Source: the human T2T-CHM13v2.0 reference genome, Homo sapiens | DNA: 64,000 nucleotides | Reading direction: 5' to 3' (one strand) | Assembly (NCBI RefSeq): GCF_009914755.1 | Contig: NC_060929.1 | Shown: in pieces, positions 13,550 to 29,968 of the stretch | Layout: each line of letters starts with the position of its first letter | Position numbering within the stretch: the stretch's first letter is position 1 | Made by a program: the position numbers and the translations under genes | Notes under the pieces: generated by a model | What the model was told of the DNA's origin: nothing | Database searches by the model: none | The model's input: the letters and a program-made list of their open reading frames with translations, nothing else

Positions 13550-14734
13550 ATTTACCTCATTTCTTTTTTTGCTTCTTACTATTAATGGCCGGAGTCAGCA
13601 GAAAAATCCCTTCCCCCAACGAAACACATTTCCATGAGTACAGGAAGCTCTGTTTGTTCAGTGCCGACTCCAGCATCTCATGGAGCCTGGGATACAGCAG
13701 GCACCAAGACGCAACTTGTATGGTGGGAATGCTTCTAGTATTCTCACTTCAAACTATCTCATGGATTTGCCATTTCTGTATCTGAAGGCATGTTCCCATT
13801 CTCTAATGCAATGGTTCCTTCTTTCCCAGCTGGCCTTCAACCCTACAAAAGTACTGCAGGGCATCACTCAGCCTTCTGTGCCTTAGTCATGCTGTTCTTC
13901 TCACTGTTCCACAAAGCCTCCCTCAAGCCCAGCCTCAGTTGAAGACTGAAGGGCACAGGCCTCTGAAAATGTGAGCAGGGAACCTGTTCTCTTGTGTCTA
14001 ACACCAAATGCCTTTCAGAATAGGACTAAAGCAATAGACTTCTTTTTAGAAAATATGCAGAAATCCTTGCAAATAGTAGACAAGAGATCTCATTCATGGA
14101 CAAGAATCCTTGTTATTAGAGGAATTCAGTTTCTTAGACTGACTATATATCAGGTTCTCCACGGCCCCATGGCTAATGGCTGCCATACTGGATGGCAAAC
14201 ACTCGGAACATTTCCATCATCACAGATGGTCCTACTGGACCGACTCCCAGCGCACAGGCCACAGATCAGTTTCCACCCGCCGCCCACTCTCCCTCTCTTC
14301 CGAGTATATTTAGGGCCAGCAACAGGTCCAGCTTAAAGACATTTCCAAGCTGCTGGAAGCCAGGCATGATGACATGATCAATATCCGGGCCTGAGATGTA
14401 AGCACCAGTGTTGTGTTGAACTCCAGGAAACCTCTAAGAGAAAGCTGCCCTGCTGGGGACTGAGCTTCTCCGGCGGTCCTGCGGTTCCCTCTCCTCCACG
14501 CTGTGACTCATCCATGACAGCCATCGACGGTCAGGTCACGGAGGTCACACCCAAGCACACACGAGTGAACCACAGAAGGCTGTCCTGGATGCCAAGCAGT
14601 CACTAATTCTGCCCTAGTCTGCTGACCTTCTATGTGGAAAAGAAGTGCACTTCTGTATAGTTCAGGCCTCCTGGTCTCTTTCATATTCTTGATACGGTGA
14701 GGAGTACGTCCTACCGCTGTTTACCTCCAGATTC

Positions 14735-15200
14735 TGGTGCAGCCTTGTGTATTTATCGCAGCACTAGTCACAACAGCAAAGTCATGGAATCAACCTAAGT
14801 GCCCATCAACGGATGACCGGATGAAGAAAATGTGGTACATATATACCATGAAATACTACTCGGCCATAAAAAAAGAATGCAATCATGTCTTCTGCAGCCA
14901 CAGAAGATGGCTGCAGGATGGATCAGGAGGTCACTATCCTAAGTGAAGTGACTCAGAAGGTCAAGTGTCACACATTCTCACTTGGAAATGGGAGCTGAAC
15001 GGTGAGTACACATGGAGTGGACTAGCAGAGACTGGGGGCTCCAAAAAGCGGGAGGGGTGGGGTTGAACAATTACCTACTGGGTACAACACACACGACTTG
15101 GGTGACAGGTACATGAAAAGCCCAGACTCCACCACCTCCCAGTACATCCACACAAAACTGCACCTGCATCCCCCTAGATCTAGTTTTAAAAAAACAAAAC
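14735..15200 (+). mobile_element. LINE-1 3' end fragment
   Basis: AKSWNQPKCPSTDDRMKKMWYIYTMKYYSAIKK (L1 ORF2 C-terminus), 3'UTR and A-rich tail. Confidence 0.85.
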
Positions 15201-15259
15201 CAGTGCAGGGCCAGGTATGCAGCCCGCCTGCTCACTCCAGAGCGAGTCCAGGCTCTTAC

Positions 15260-15394
<135 letters not shown>

Positions 15395-15667
15395 CTAGAA
15401 TTTTACTTTTGAAAACTTTTTTAAAAAACCAAATGGATTTAGAATGACACAGAAACATGTAGCACAGCCACTCAAGGAGCTTGGAAACTGTGTAAGACTC
15501 CTGAGCTAACACACTACCAGCCCACCCTACGTCTGAGGCCATCTGTTGAGTTGGGGCCAATTTTAAAGAACATAAAGGCAAAATTGTTGGCACACAGTAG
15601 ATATCCATTAAGTGATCTTAGAGTGAATAAACTAGAAATCATCTCTAAGATTAAAAAATTAAATGTA

Positions 15668-17280
<1,613 letters not shown>

Positions 17281-18768
17281 AATAAACACATATATATACA
17301 CATATATATGTGTTTTTTTTTTTTTTGCAGGGGGGCTTGGGGGAGAATAGTGATGCTACAACCATTTTTTCTTTCCTTTTCATTTTTAAAAATTAAAGCA
17401 TAAAGATACAGTAAAATAAACTCATCATTTTTAGTGTAGGGTTTTTCAAATTTTGACACACACAGAGTTGTGTCTGTATCAGCACAATCAGGAAACAGCC
17501 TCTGGCAACCAGCAATCCCTTTTCTTCCCTAGATGTGCCTTTTCCAGAATGTCGTATCAACAGAACCACAGGCGTGCAGCCTTTTGAGTCTGACTCCACA
17601 GCATTCTGCGTGAGATGCTGCATGCGTGAGCGGTTTCTCAGATGTAAAGTATAGGGTATTCTTACAAAATGTTCTTTTTTGCATTTTCAAAGAAAGAGCA
17701 GCTCAAAATTTCTACATTGCTCTGAGAGAAGTGATATCGGTCCTCACCGCTACAAAGTGCGGGGCTATGGAGTGAGATAAGCACTACCTGCGGCGTCAGG
17801 AACGATGGACCTGAACTACGCCTTCGCCGATGATCAGCAACGGCTGGGGATGAGACGCCAGCTCTGCGTGTGCTGGCCTCCCGAGCGGTGGTCAGATCCA
17901 GAGACAGAGTGTCTGAAGTAAGCTACCCTTTTAATACTATCTGTACCTTTCTAACTACAGATACAAAAGGGGGCATGTTTATAAGTTACGGCCGTGCTAG
18001 TTTTTATTTCACTTGAATCCATACAAAAAGCACCTGTTGTATAAAAACAGCAGAAATGATGCTAACAGTTAACACCAGAGAAAGGTAACGGGAAGAACAT
18101 GGGCCTGGGGTCCCACCATCCTTGCCACGCAAACATCCACCAGTGCCTCATCCACCTCACACTGTTCTGAGCACATGAGGCTGCATGACCACCGTGAAGA
18201 TGTCTGGAGTTAGGAGCGATGCTAACTGCCCCGTTCTTAGTGCACGTAAGACTCACACTCCCACACGTGGTATTTCCTTTACTGCACATTATTTGACGCT
18301 ATCATGAAAAGAAAACCAGCAAGTGAAATCCAATCTGTCCGTAAAGGGTGGGAATCCTGTTCACTGTAAGTCATCCCTTCTCCTCTAATAGAGGCTAGCT
18401 GTACTTTGTTTCTAGAATGGCCTAAATTACTTTTCTAAGTACCAAGAAGTCACATATTCATTCATGCCAACTATTTAAGATATTTCATTGCAAATCAGTG
18501 ATTTTTATCAGGCAAGTAAAAATAACAACTTCCTAATAGTGCTTTTTCTAAGCAGAACATAACGTCTGCAAAATAATTTTTTAAAAAAACGTAACCCCAA
18601 AAATGTCACCTTAACTGTTAAGATCCCCAACCAGCCTCTATCTAGTCTCAACATTACCACCATATAATTCCTGGATTTCTCGGTTTAATCACTTCTGGGG
18701 GAAAAACCCAGACTACCTCTATATGATCACTAAGCAAATTTCCAGTAAGAAATCAAGGCTTTGTAACC

Positions 18769-19376
<608 letters not shown>

Positions 19377-19395
19377 TCAGAGAGAGAGGGAAGTA

Positions 19396-19746
<351 letters not shown>

Positions 19747-20089
19747 TCAGAGGGAAGCTTCCGAAGGTATCCCCCAGTTTCCCCTCTGCCCCTGAGCACC
19801 TGCTGTTACAAGCAGGTCAGAGGACCTCCAATGTCAGCATCTGCGACTGTCCCCCGTGTCCCATGTTCCCGGGGCCCTCACCACCTGTGCTCCGGCTCAG
19901 ACCCAGGAGCACGGCAGGTGGAGGAACATCAGCAGGGGAGACTGATGTTCCAGACTCTTCCACTCGCTGTTCACCTCTTCATCTACACAGGGAAAGTAAC
20001 AGCTTCCACCCACCTCGCCCAACAAGGAGCTCTGGTGACCTTGGGCAGACACGACTCCTCCCCAAGTCCACCCGCCAGGCACTGAGGCG

Positions 20090-21080
20090 AGGGGCTACCT
20101 CAGCCCGGGAGGTCTCTGGACCCCAGGCCCGGACCAAGGCGGCGGAGGGGACGCCCAGCAAGCCCGCGGGGTCGTGACCTTCACCGGACTACCTGCTAAG
20201 GACCGAGCTCCCCGGACCCCCGAGTCCGCCCCACGGCTCCCCCTTGCACTGGCGCAGGGCTCTCCCAGCCCCTTCCAGATCCCGGGACAGGGGGCGCAAG
20301 GACCTGGCGCCCGCTCTGCTCGGGCCCGCTGGGGACCGTCCCGCTCCTACCGCCGCCTCGGCCCCCGCCTGCCCCGCCCCGGTCCGCGGCACGGACTCAC
20401 CGCCTTGGCCAGCGCCAGGCGCGGAGCGCTCAGCAGGCGCGACAGGACCCAGACCGCCATGCCTGTAGTCGCCTCCGCGCAGTCCCGCCAGTCCCCGCGC
20501 AGACTACGCCTGCGCACCACACCGGGGTCGAGCTTTGGGGGGCAGGAACCGCGGCGGGTGGGATGCCGCGCCTGCGCACGGGGTCAAGCGGGGCCATAGT
20601 GGAGGCGCCTCGCCTGCACAAAGCGCACCTGCGGACGGTGGCGCTGTGGGGATAGGGAGGTCCCGCGCTCCCTGACCGATGTAGGGCGGGCCCTATTCCG
20701 GGGAGGTGTTGGGCACCAACATTTTTAAAGCCCCGTGGGTGGTTCCCTGGGATCGCCCAGACCGAAAGGGCCCGAACGTCCAGATCGCAGGGAATGGGGT
20801 CGGAGGGGCGGCGCTCGTCCGCGGAGGCGGGCGGGAGCGGCCACGGGCCTCTGGCCTCTAGTGAGCGGGTGTGACCCTCGGTCTCAGGCCTGTGAGGTGA
20901 GGGAGCGATCCTCAGCCGTGTCCCTAGCCTCTGGCTTCCGGCTAATTTTTAAATTTTTTGTAGAGGCGGGATCTTGCTGTGTTGCCCGGGCTGGTCTCGA
21001 ACTCTTGGCCTCAAGCGATCCTCCCTCCTCGGCCTCTCCAAGTGCGGGGATTACGGGCGGAGCCACCGCGCACGGCCGTG
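20090..21080. promoter_or_regulatory. CpG island, duplicated SDHA/CCDC127 bidirectional promoter
   Basis: High GC and CpG density; NRF1-type GCGCCTGCGCA at 20568-20578; GC boxes; SDHA exon 1 on minus and candidate CCDC127 exon 1 donor (GAG|GTGAGG near 20897) on plus. Confidence 0.85.
20401..20460 (-). pseudogene. SDHAP3: SDHA exon 1 coding part (start of mitochondrial presequence)
   Basis: ATG at 20460; MAVWVLSRLLSAPRLALAKA versus SDHA [27 protein letters not shown] donor. Confidence 0.9.
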
Positions 21081-21560
21081 GTCAGCTTTGAAAGCTGCGT
21101 AGATCCCTTTGGCTCATACGCCTTTCTGCTAGCTTACCCTGATTCTGCTTCTGGTTCAGATAGTATTTTAATATTTCTAGTGTGTCTTTTTGTAAGATAT
21201 CTGAAATCTTTTTGTGGAATGAAGTGGCATGAAAAATAAACCAATAATCGTTAGTAATTACGTTTCCTGTCTTTTCACTTTATTAAAATCTTCGTTTTGT
21301 GCATAATGTTTAACAATTTTGAGTTATTTTAGTAAATTTGCAAGGGTTCAGTCCCATTTTATTGATATTTGGGTTGTTTCCCATTTTTGCTCTTAATAAA
21401 TAACACTGTACAGAACATATTTGTGACCATAACTTTAGGATTATTTTCTTAGATTGTAGGCCCCAGACGTGGCCTTTATTGGCTTGCAGGGAATGAACGT
21501 AATAGCTCCTAGACTTTTTTTTGAAAGTTATGCAGTTTTAGTCCTGTGTTAATTACCTAA

Positions 21561-21952
21561 TTTTGTTTTGTTTTGTTTGAGACAGAGTTTTGCTGTTGTT
21601 GCCCAGGTTGGAGTGCAATGGCGCGATCTCAGCTCACTGCAACCTCTGCCTCCAGGGTTCAAGAGATTCTCCTGTGGAGCTTGCAGTGAGCGGAGTTCGA
21701 GCCACTGCACTCCAGCCTGGGCAACAGAGCAAGACTGGCCCTCAAAAAACAAAGAGATTCTCTCGCCTCAGCCTCCCGAGTAGCTGGGACTACAGGCCCC
21801 CGCCACCACGCCCAGCTAGTTTTTGTATTTTTAGTAGAGACAGGGTTTCACCATATTGGCCAGACTGGTTTCAAACTCCTGACCTCAGGTGATCCACCTG
21901 CCTCAGCCTCCCGAAGTGCTGTGATTACAGGTGTGAGCCACCGTGCCTGGCC
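21561..21952 (-). repeat. AluS carrying a nested opposite-strand Alu fragment
   Basis: Plus-oriented GGAGCTTGCAGTGAGC...AAAAAAC piece at ~21672-21751 flanked by AAGAGATTCTC. Confidence 0.85.
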
Positions 21953-21980
21953 TTAATTTTTTAATTCTATAATTACCACA

Positions 21981-22947
21981 TGTAGGGGTGGGTTGCCCCT
22001 CCACACCTGTGGGTGTTTCTCGTAAGGTGGAACGAGAGACTTAGGAAAGAAAAAGACACAGAGACAAATATAGAGAAAGAAATAAGGGGACCCGGGGAAC
22101 CAGCGTTCAGCATATGGAGGATCCCGCCAGCCTCTGAGTTCCCTTAGTATTTATTGATCATTCGTGGGTGTTTCTCCGAGAGCGGGATGTGTCAGGGTCA
22201 CAAGACAATAGTGGGGAGAGGGTCAGCAGACAAACACGTGAACAAAGGTCTTTGCATCATAGACAATGTAAAGGATTAAGTGCTGTGCTTTTAGATATGC
22301 ATACACATAAACATCTCAATGCTTTACAAAGCAGTATTGCTGCCCGCAGGTCCCACCTCCAGCCCTAAGGCGGTTTTTCCCTATCTCAGTAGATGGAGCA
22401 TACAATCGGGTTTTATACCGAGACATTCCATTGCCCAGGGACGGGCAGGAGACAGATGCCTTCCTCTTGTCTCAACTGCAAGAGGCATGCCTTCCTCTTA
22501 TACTAATCCTCCTCAGCACAGACCCTTTACGGGTGTCAGGCTGGGGGATGGTCAGGTCTTTCCCTTCCCACGAGGCCATATTTCAGACTATCACATGGGG
22601 AGAAACCTTGGACAATACCTGGCTTTCCTAGGCAGAGGTGCCTGTGGCCTTCCGCAGTTTTTGTGTCCCTGGGTACTTGAGATTAGGGAGTGGTGATGAC
22701 TCTTAAGGAGAGTGCTGCCTTCAAGCATCTGTTTAACAAAGCACATCTTGCACCGCCCTTAATCCATTTAACTCTGAGTTGACACAGCACACGTTTCAGA
22801 GAGCATGGGGTTGGGGGTAAGGTTATAGATTAACAGAATCTCAAGGCAGAAGAATTTTTCTTAGTACAGAACAAAATGGAGTCTCCTATGTCTACTTCTT
22901 TCTACACAGACACAGTAACAATCTGATCTCTCTTGCTTTTCTCCACA
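21981..22947 (-). mobile_element. HERV-K(HML-2) solo LTR (LTR5_Hs-like, 967 bp)
   Basis: Minus strand begins TGTGGAGAAAAGCAAGAGAGATCAGATTGTTACTG and ends GGCAACCCACCCCTACA; TSD CCACA on both sides. Confidence 0.93.
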
Positions 22948-23509
22948 CCACAAACCCCTTAGTATTAAGCTCCAAGACATATTTTTGTCATATCTTTATT
23001 GCTTATAATTTTCTATCTTTAGATGTTAAGTATTTGTTGAAAATCCCATGAAAAGCTTTCAGAAATTGGATTGCATTTCTTGCTTATTATACATCCCTTG
23101 ACTATTTTGTAATTGTGTGTATTTGTGGAGGTCACATGTAAATAAACTTAAAGTGACTCTACTTTGTGAAAATGTGAAACTTCGTGTAGGTACTCAGTAA
23201 ATCAGTAAATTCTTACTAACGTTAGCCCCCAGCCTAGCTATGGAGGGTGCATGCTGAGCCCGAAGCAGAGAACTCTGTAATCTCTGCATTCATCACCACC
23301 ACGAGGAGGCCTCAGAAGCTTCTAGCACTGTTTGCACCTTCCCCACATCACCCCTCCCTGCCTTCCTCACAGTCTTCCTTCTGATCAGAAGACCCTTTCC
23401 TTCTTTCTCTGCCTGTCAAAATGCTGCTCACTCTTCAAACCCTAGCTCATATGAAAGTGTCTGGTGTGAGCCCACTTTTATTGAGTTGATTCTGTATCTT
23501 TGATACAAC

Positions 23510-23690
23510 TGTATAAGGGTTCTCCAGAGACACAACAAATAGAAGGGAGACGTAAGAAATTGGTTTAAAGGTTCAATTGCTAATCTCATCCAAAAACACC
23601 CTTACAGACACGCTCAGAAATAATGCTTAACCATGTATCTGAGCACCTCATGATGCCGTCAAGTTGACATACAAAATTAACCATCGCAGC
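23510..23690. mobile_element. MLT2-like ERVL LTR fragments
   Basis: GGGTTCTCCAGAGA and AATCTCATCCAAAAACACC...CAAGTTGACATACAAAATTAACCATC termini. Confidence 0.6.
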
Positions 23691-23813
23691 AGCCATACAT
23701 TTAAACATATTTGTACCAGAGAACTTACCTGATTCTACCTGCACTTCAGATGCTTAAGACATGTCTGTTTTCTCCACTTTCCCCAACCAGATTGTGAGTC
23801 GCTTTCATCTTAA

Positions 23814-24020
<207 letters not shown>

Positions 24021-24122
24021 TGAATCCCGTAGGGCCTCAGTGCTGTGCAGCAAGCACATAGTTAAAACTGAAGAAAAATTTCTTGAATAAAAGTAGTTAA
24101 CGTTTTTATTCTTTACTTCAAG

Positions 24123-24253
24123 GTATATCTCCATGAATAACCTAAATGATCCCCCAAATTGGAATATCCGGCCTAATTCCAGGGCGGATGGTGGTGATGG
24201 AAGCAGGTGGAATTATGCCCTGTTGGTTCCAATGCTGGGATTGGCTGCTTTTC
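24123..24253 (+). pseudogene. CCDC127: CCDC127 first coding exon (5' gene fragment; later exon not in window)
   Basis: AAG acceptor, ATG at 24133, MNNLNDPPNWNIRPNSRADGGDGSRWNYALLVPMLGLAAF, GTAAGT donor; head-to-head with SDHA as at the parent locus. Confidence 0.88.
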
Positions 24254-25888
24254 GTAAGTCATGGTTTTCTTAAAATTAGTGTTTTCCAGGCTGAGAGTGT
24301 GGAGCCCCGGTGAGGGAGGCAGCATGGTGTGGGAGCCTGAAGGCCGTGACTTTGGGACCTGCCAGGGACAGCCGAGTTTTATCCCCTGCAGTGAACCGTG
24401 GGCAAATCACTTAAGCTCTGAGCCTCAGTCTTCCTGTTCACAGGAGATGGATAATCATACTTAACCTCAGCACACTGCAAGGATTAAGTCAGCCAAGGCG
24501 TTTAGAAGCATTTTGTGTGGGGTGGGTTTTAATAACTTAGTTCCCTCTGAAGGCTTTGCTGCTCTCAAGTCGGGGAGGAGGTTCCTTATTTCAGGTGCCC
24601 TCATAAGGACTGCTGGGGAACAAAACGGGTGTAAAGGAAACCAGTGGGCTGGGCGTGGTGGCTCATACCTGTAACCCCAGCACTCTGCGAGGCCCAGGTG
24701 GGCAGATCGAGTGACCAGCCTGAGCAACACAGCAAAACCCCGTCTCTACAAAAAATACAAAAATTAGCGAGTCGTGGCGGTGCACACCTGTAGTCCCAGC
24801 TACTCAGGAGGCTGAGGTGGGAAGATCAGTGGAGCCTGGGAGGTCGAGGCTGCAGTGAGTGGAGATGGCACCACTTGCCCTCCAGCCTGAGAAACAGGGT
24901 TAAAAAAAAAAAAAGAAAACCAGTTTTGGAAAACCAGTGATGTTTAATGTTTAGGAAATCAGTCTTTGGGAGACTTCATCCATGAAATCTCTGCTTGGCC
25001 TGGCCAGAAATTCTCTCTAGTTTAGATTGACTTGGCACCACTTTGGGGAACTGTCAGTCACATGCAGACTTACATCCCCACCACACAATCAATTCACTGA
25101 TGCAGAGGAGTGAGTTTTGTGTTTCTTCACATTCCATGGTTCTGGGCTGGCACTTAGGAACATGAGAAACTGAATAATTGAATGGAAGAAAGGCAAGACT
25201 GCCCTCTAGTTGTAGCGATACATTTTGTGTAGCGGCTTTTTATCTGCTTCGATGTCTCAGGTCAGAAGTTTTGCTGTAGAGGAAAAGGAGGCTGGTAAGA
25301 GCAGGTGGTTTTTATGATTCAGTGATCTGCGCAGTGCTTGCTTCTTGGTGAAAGACAGGGCAGGTCCACATCCAATCCTAAGGGGCTGCCATGTAAAAAG
25401 CTCATCCGCCTGCAGGCTTGGGAAAAAAACCCTTAACACTTGGAGAGGCTACTGTTGCCTGTGGCTAGGGTGAGTGGATTGGAAGGCTTAAAATTACTCT
25501 GACTAATGTAATAATTAATTGGCTTTGAGGCTGGGAGAGGCCCTGAAGTGACTCATTTTCCATTTGTTTTTCAGACTCATCTCAAGCTTTTATAGCCTTT
25601 CATGATAACTTTCACTTCTGAAATTCTTACCTTCCCTTCTTGGACTTTTGAAATGATGCTTTCTGTCCCTGAAAAGGGTTGAAGAATATTTTTTCTTCCT
25701 GGTTTTTTGCTGAGGTAGTGTGGTCAGAGATAACTGTTAACTTGGTGTTCTTGTAAGGATTCTCCAAAGGTGTGTTACGATGTGTTTGAGGTTCTATTGC
25801 ACATAAGAGCGTAACCAGCCTTCAGTGTAGTCTAGAAAGAAGAGGCAGACATATGAATACTTGATAAGCGCTATTGATTGATTGATGA

Positions 25889-26185
<297 letters not shown>

Positions 26186-27015
26186 TGATCTGCCCGCCTC
26201 GGCCTCCCAAAGTGCTGGGATTACAGGTGTGAGCCACCGTGCCCAGCCCATTTACTAGATTTTTACTTAACATAACATAGAAATGTGTGTAATTGTGCTT
26301 GCCTGAAAGAGCAGTCCCTGGAGAAATTCTTACCCTGAGTAGCTCCCAGGGGAGAATATTCAGTATTTCAGCACTCCAGAGGGCTTCTCTCTCTTCACAC
26401 CTCCTCTGTCATTCTGCTTTCCCCCTTTTCTCTCGGTCTTCCTGATTGCCCTTTCCCCGTCTCTCTCTCCGTGCTTTTCCCATCTCTCCGTGCTTTCTCC
26501 CCTCTAGCGTTCCTGTACCTCCTGTTTCCTCCCCTGACCTAGAAAACATAGTTTTAGAGCTGAAAGGGACTGGTTGAGTTCACTGGGCCCAACTCAGTTT
26601 CTTTTACTTAACCATTTTATTTTGGGGTCATGTAAGTCACATGCAGTTGTCATCAGCAATACAGAGAGCCCGTGTACCCTCTACCCAGCTTTCCCCAATG
26701 GAAGCATCTGCAAAATGATAGTGCAGTGTCACAGCCAAGACATCTGCCAGGATGCGGTCAAGATACCCTAGCAGAGGCTGGAGGAAACATGTGCACCCCC
26801 TGTAAACACTTTTATTCATGTTTTCATTACTTATTTTTCTTAGTGTTAGTCAAAACTGTTGAAAACTAGGCATATTAAATCTTGCAACATTAAGTTTAAA
26901 TATATTATTTGTACCTCATCAACATTACTTGTTGAGAAAGTCTAAGGTTAATTGGCAGTGTATTTGTAATAGTAGATAGAATAATGTCTGTTTTATAAAC
27001 ATTGACATCCTACAT

Positions 27016-27463
27016 GTGTGAACCCCGAAAATCTGAGACAGGTCTCAGATTTTTTAGAAAGTTTATTTTGCCAAGTTTGAGGATGTGCACCCGGGATGCC
27101 TCCTCAGGAGGTCCTGACGACATGGGCCCAAGGTGGTCAGGGCACAGCTTGGTTTTATACACTTTAGGGAGACGTGAGGCATCAATCAATATGTGAAAGA
27201 TGTGCATTGGTTCAGTCAGTCAGAAAGGTGAGAAGGCCAGACAGGGGGCTTCCAGGTCATAGGTAGGTAAGAGACAAATGGTTTCATTCTTTTGAGTTGC
27301 TGATTACCCTCTCCAGATGAGGCACTCAGATACGCATTTATCTCGGTGAGCAGACAGGTGACTTTGGATACAATTGGAGGCAGGTTTGCCCTCAGCAGCT
27401 CCCAGCTTGACTTTTCCCTTTAGCTTAGTGATTTTGGGTCCCCAAGATTGATTTTCCTTTCAC
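27016..27463 (-). mobile_element. MER4A-like ERV1 solo LTR
   Basis: Minus strand starts GTGAAAGGAAAATCAATCTTGGGACCCAAAATCACTAAGCTAAAGGGAAAAGTCAAGCTGGG. Confidence 0.75.
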
Positions 27464-28706
27464 GAGGTCTAACATGTTTTACTATGAGCATTAATTATTC
27501 ATTGTGTATTTTATTGCACAAATAAGGCATAGATTTTTTAAAAATCGTCAACTCAGACACCTTACCACACACGGGCTCCACAAGGAACTCAGGGAATCCT
27601 CACAAGTCTAAAACACATGCATGGATGGGAGGTGAGGGAACGAGCCCCAGGCTGCTCTGGGAAACCTTGAGACACAATGCCATGGTGCCTGTGAGGCAGA
27701 ACTGAACCCGGGATTCCATATTAAAGAGGCCTGAAGGGGGCCACACCTCCCAGCAAAGGAAGCCTTTCAGAAATCAAGTGGGGCGGGGATGGAAACCCGA
27801 CTCTCCTCAACACCTGCCTCCCAGGCCTGCCTGCCCCTGGAGCTGCAGCTCCACCTGGCTACGGGGGATGGAGACACAGCACGACTCTCCTGAACACCTG
27901 CCTGCGCCTGGAGCCTCAGCTCACACCCCGGCTACCGTCTGGGCATGGGGGTGCACACCTGTAATCCCCACTTTTTGGGAGGCTGAGGCAGGAGGATTGC
28001 GTGAGCCCAGGAATTCCAGATCAGGCCTGGGCAACACAGGGACACCCTGTCTCTTAAAAGAAACAAACAAAAACCCAGCTGCCTATACAGCTGGGGAGAC
28101 CCTGGACCCAAAGAAATGATGCAGACCCTCACATTAAGGCTACACATGAACCCACAAAACAAACAAAAATTACAGAAGCATCAAGGAAGTTGGTCACTCT
28201 GTGTGGGCTTGAGCAGGAAAAATATTTGGCTGTAGACCACCCTCCCAAGGACTTCAAACACAGTCAAGGAACTCCACGTCACAAATATCTAGCGCTTTTC
28301 AAAAAAGCATGTTCTTAAAACTGAAGACTATCATATGAAATATTTGAATAAAGAATGGAATCACAAAAATAAATAAGCAATGTCTATCAAAAACACCCAG
28401 ATAAGATGTGAAAGTAACTAATAATTTAGAAATTTTAAATATATGTCATCTTTAGAATTAGAAACTGAAAGGACAGGTTACACCGTACATTAAAAATAAA
28501 CAGAATCAAGAATAGAGCAAACATACACGGAGAGACGTGAAAAGGTACAGAGACGGGGGGAGAGGGATGAAAGGGCCGACGCTCATCTAAGTGGAATTCC
28601 AGAAGGGAGCAAAGTGATACGGACCCACAGACAAAGGAAACACAAGCGGGTACCCAAGCGGGTCGGATACAAAGCAGCCCAGGTTGGTCCGTCTGCCGAT
28701 ACTTAC

Positions 28707-28751
28707 ATATGATCGACCTGACAGTCACTGGATTAAAGGGAGTCCACGTGC
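28707..28751 (-). pseudogene. PDCD6P1: PDCD6 exon 3 homolog (45 nt)
   Basis: (G)TWTPFNPVTVRSII; CAG acceptor, GTAAGT donor. Confidence 0.93.
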
Positions 28752-29968
28752 CTGAAAACAAACAACAACAGGAGTTAAAGTAAAAGGAAAATCTTTCTGG
28801 GACACTGAGTTTGTGATCTATACCTGGAGGCACCAGGAAAAGCAGTGGGGGCTCTAGGGTAGTGGTTTTCTAGACACTCCAGGTGACGTGTCGGCTGCCA
28901 TGACTCCTGGGAGGGGGCCAAAGCACTGCCTGGTGGGTTCACACCCTGCTGTGTGTGGGAGTCCTTCGTGGCCTCCCAGACCTCCAAGGCCGTCCACAGT
29001 CATCGCGGCTGGACATGCACTCTTATTTAACAGATAACCAAGAAATGGTTCTGTATCATTTTACACACGGAATTTTTCAAGGATGCAGTCACCAGCTAAG
29101 TTGAGAAGTTCGCACTTAGTTTTGTTAGAGGACTTCACGAATTCCCATTTCAGAAAATCCATCATCAAGGCCACCACTGCCTGCAGACACCTGAGCATAG
29201 CTTGGTCGCTGTGGCATTCACACTAATTCTACTGAAAGGTGCAAGTACCAGACCCCTTCCTTCCATTCTCCCTCAGTAATCATCCTAAAGCACGGTGAAG
29301 ACATCCATCACACCACACTTCAAAAATTCCTGACAAATTACGGTCTGCGCTTTATACAATTTTCCTTGAAACTGAATAGGAAAGCTCTACTATCCTCAGA
29401 CTCATCGTTGAATCTGATACCCTTGAGTACTCACAACCATTTATCAACTATGAGGATGAAGATTCACTGATGACCTTCACACACAAGAACCTATCTTCAG
29501 AGTGATTTGTACCTTCAGTAATTTCCATACTCACCAAAAATGAACTAAAAAAATATTTTTAAGGTCAGGAGAGACCAGTGGCTCTCCTCATACCCCATCT
29601 GTATTAGACACACAGTTTTTTTTTTTTTATATACACAAAAATGCCACAGTCCTGGGCAGCACACAGAGACAGCCCCCTGATCTCAGAGAACAATGTCAGG
29701 CTCCTGGTGGAGCACGGGCAGTGGGGTCTGCTGGCACGGTCCCTTAGGCCTCTACGTGCCACCACTCTGGGCTCATGGGGCTCTTCCTAGTGCCATGCCC
29801 GCTCTCACCTGAAGTGCGTCCCCTTCTAAGACACACACACCCTCCCTCCAGCTCCTTCCTTTCCTTCCTCAGGGAGACTTTCACGGGGGTACCACGTTCT
29901 CCCAGCCCAGAAGTTAAATCCATTTGCTCTGCCTGAGCACCTCCCAACTTCCCCTTGGGAAGATCCCA

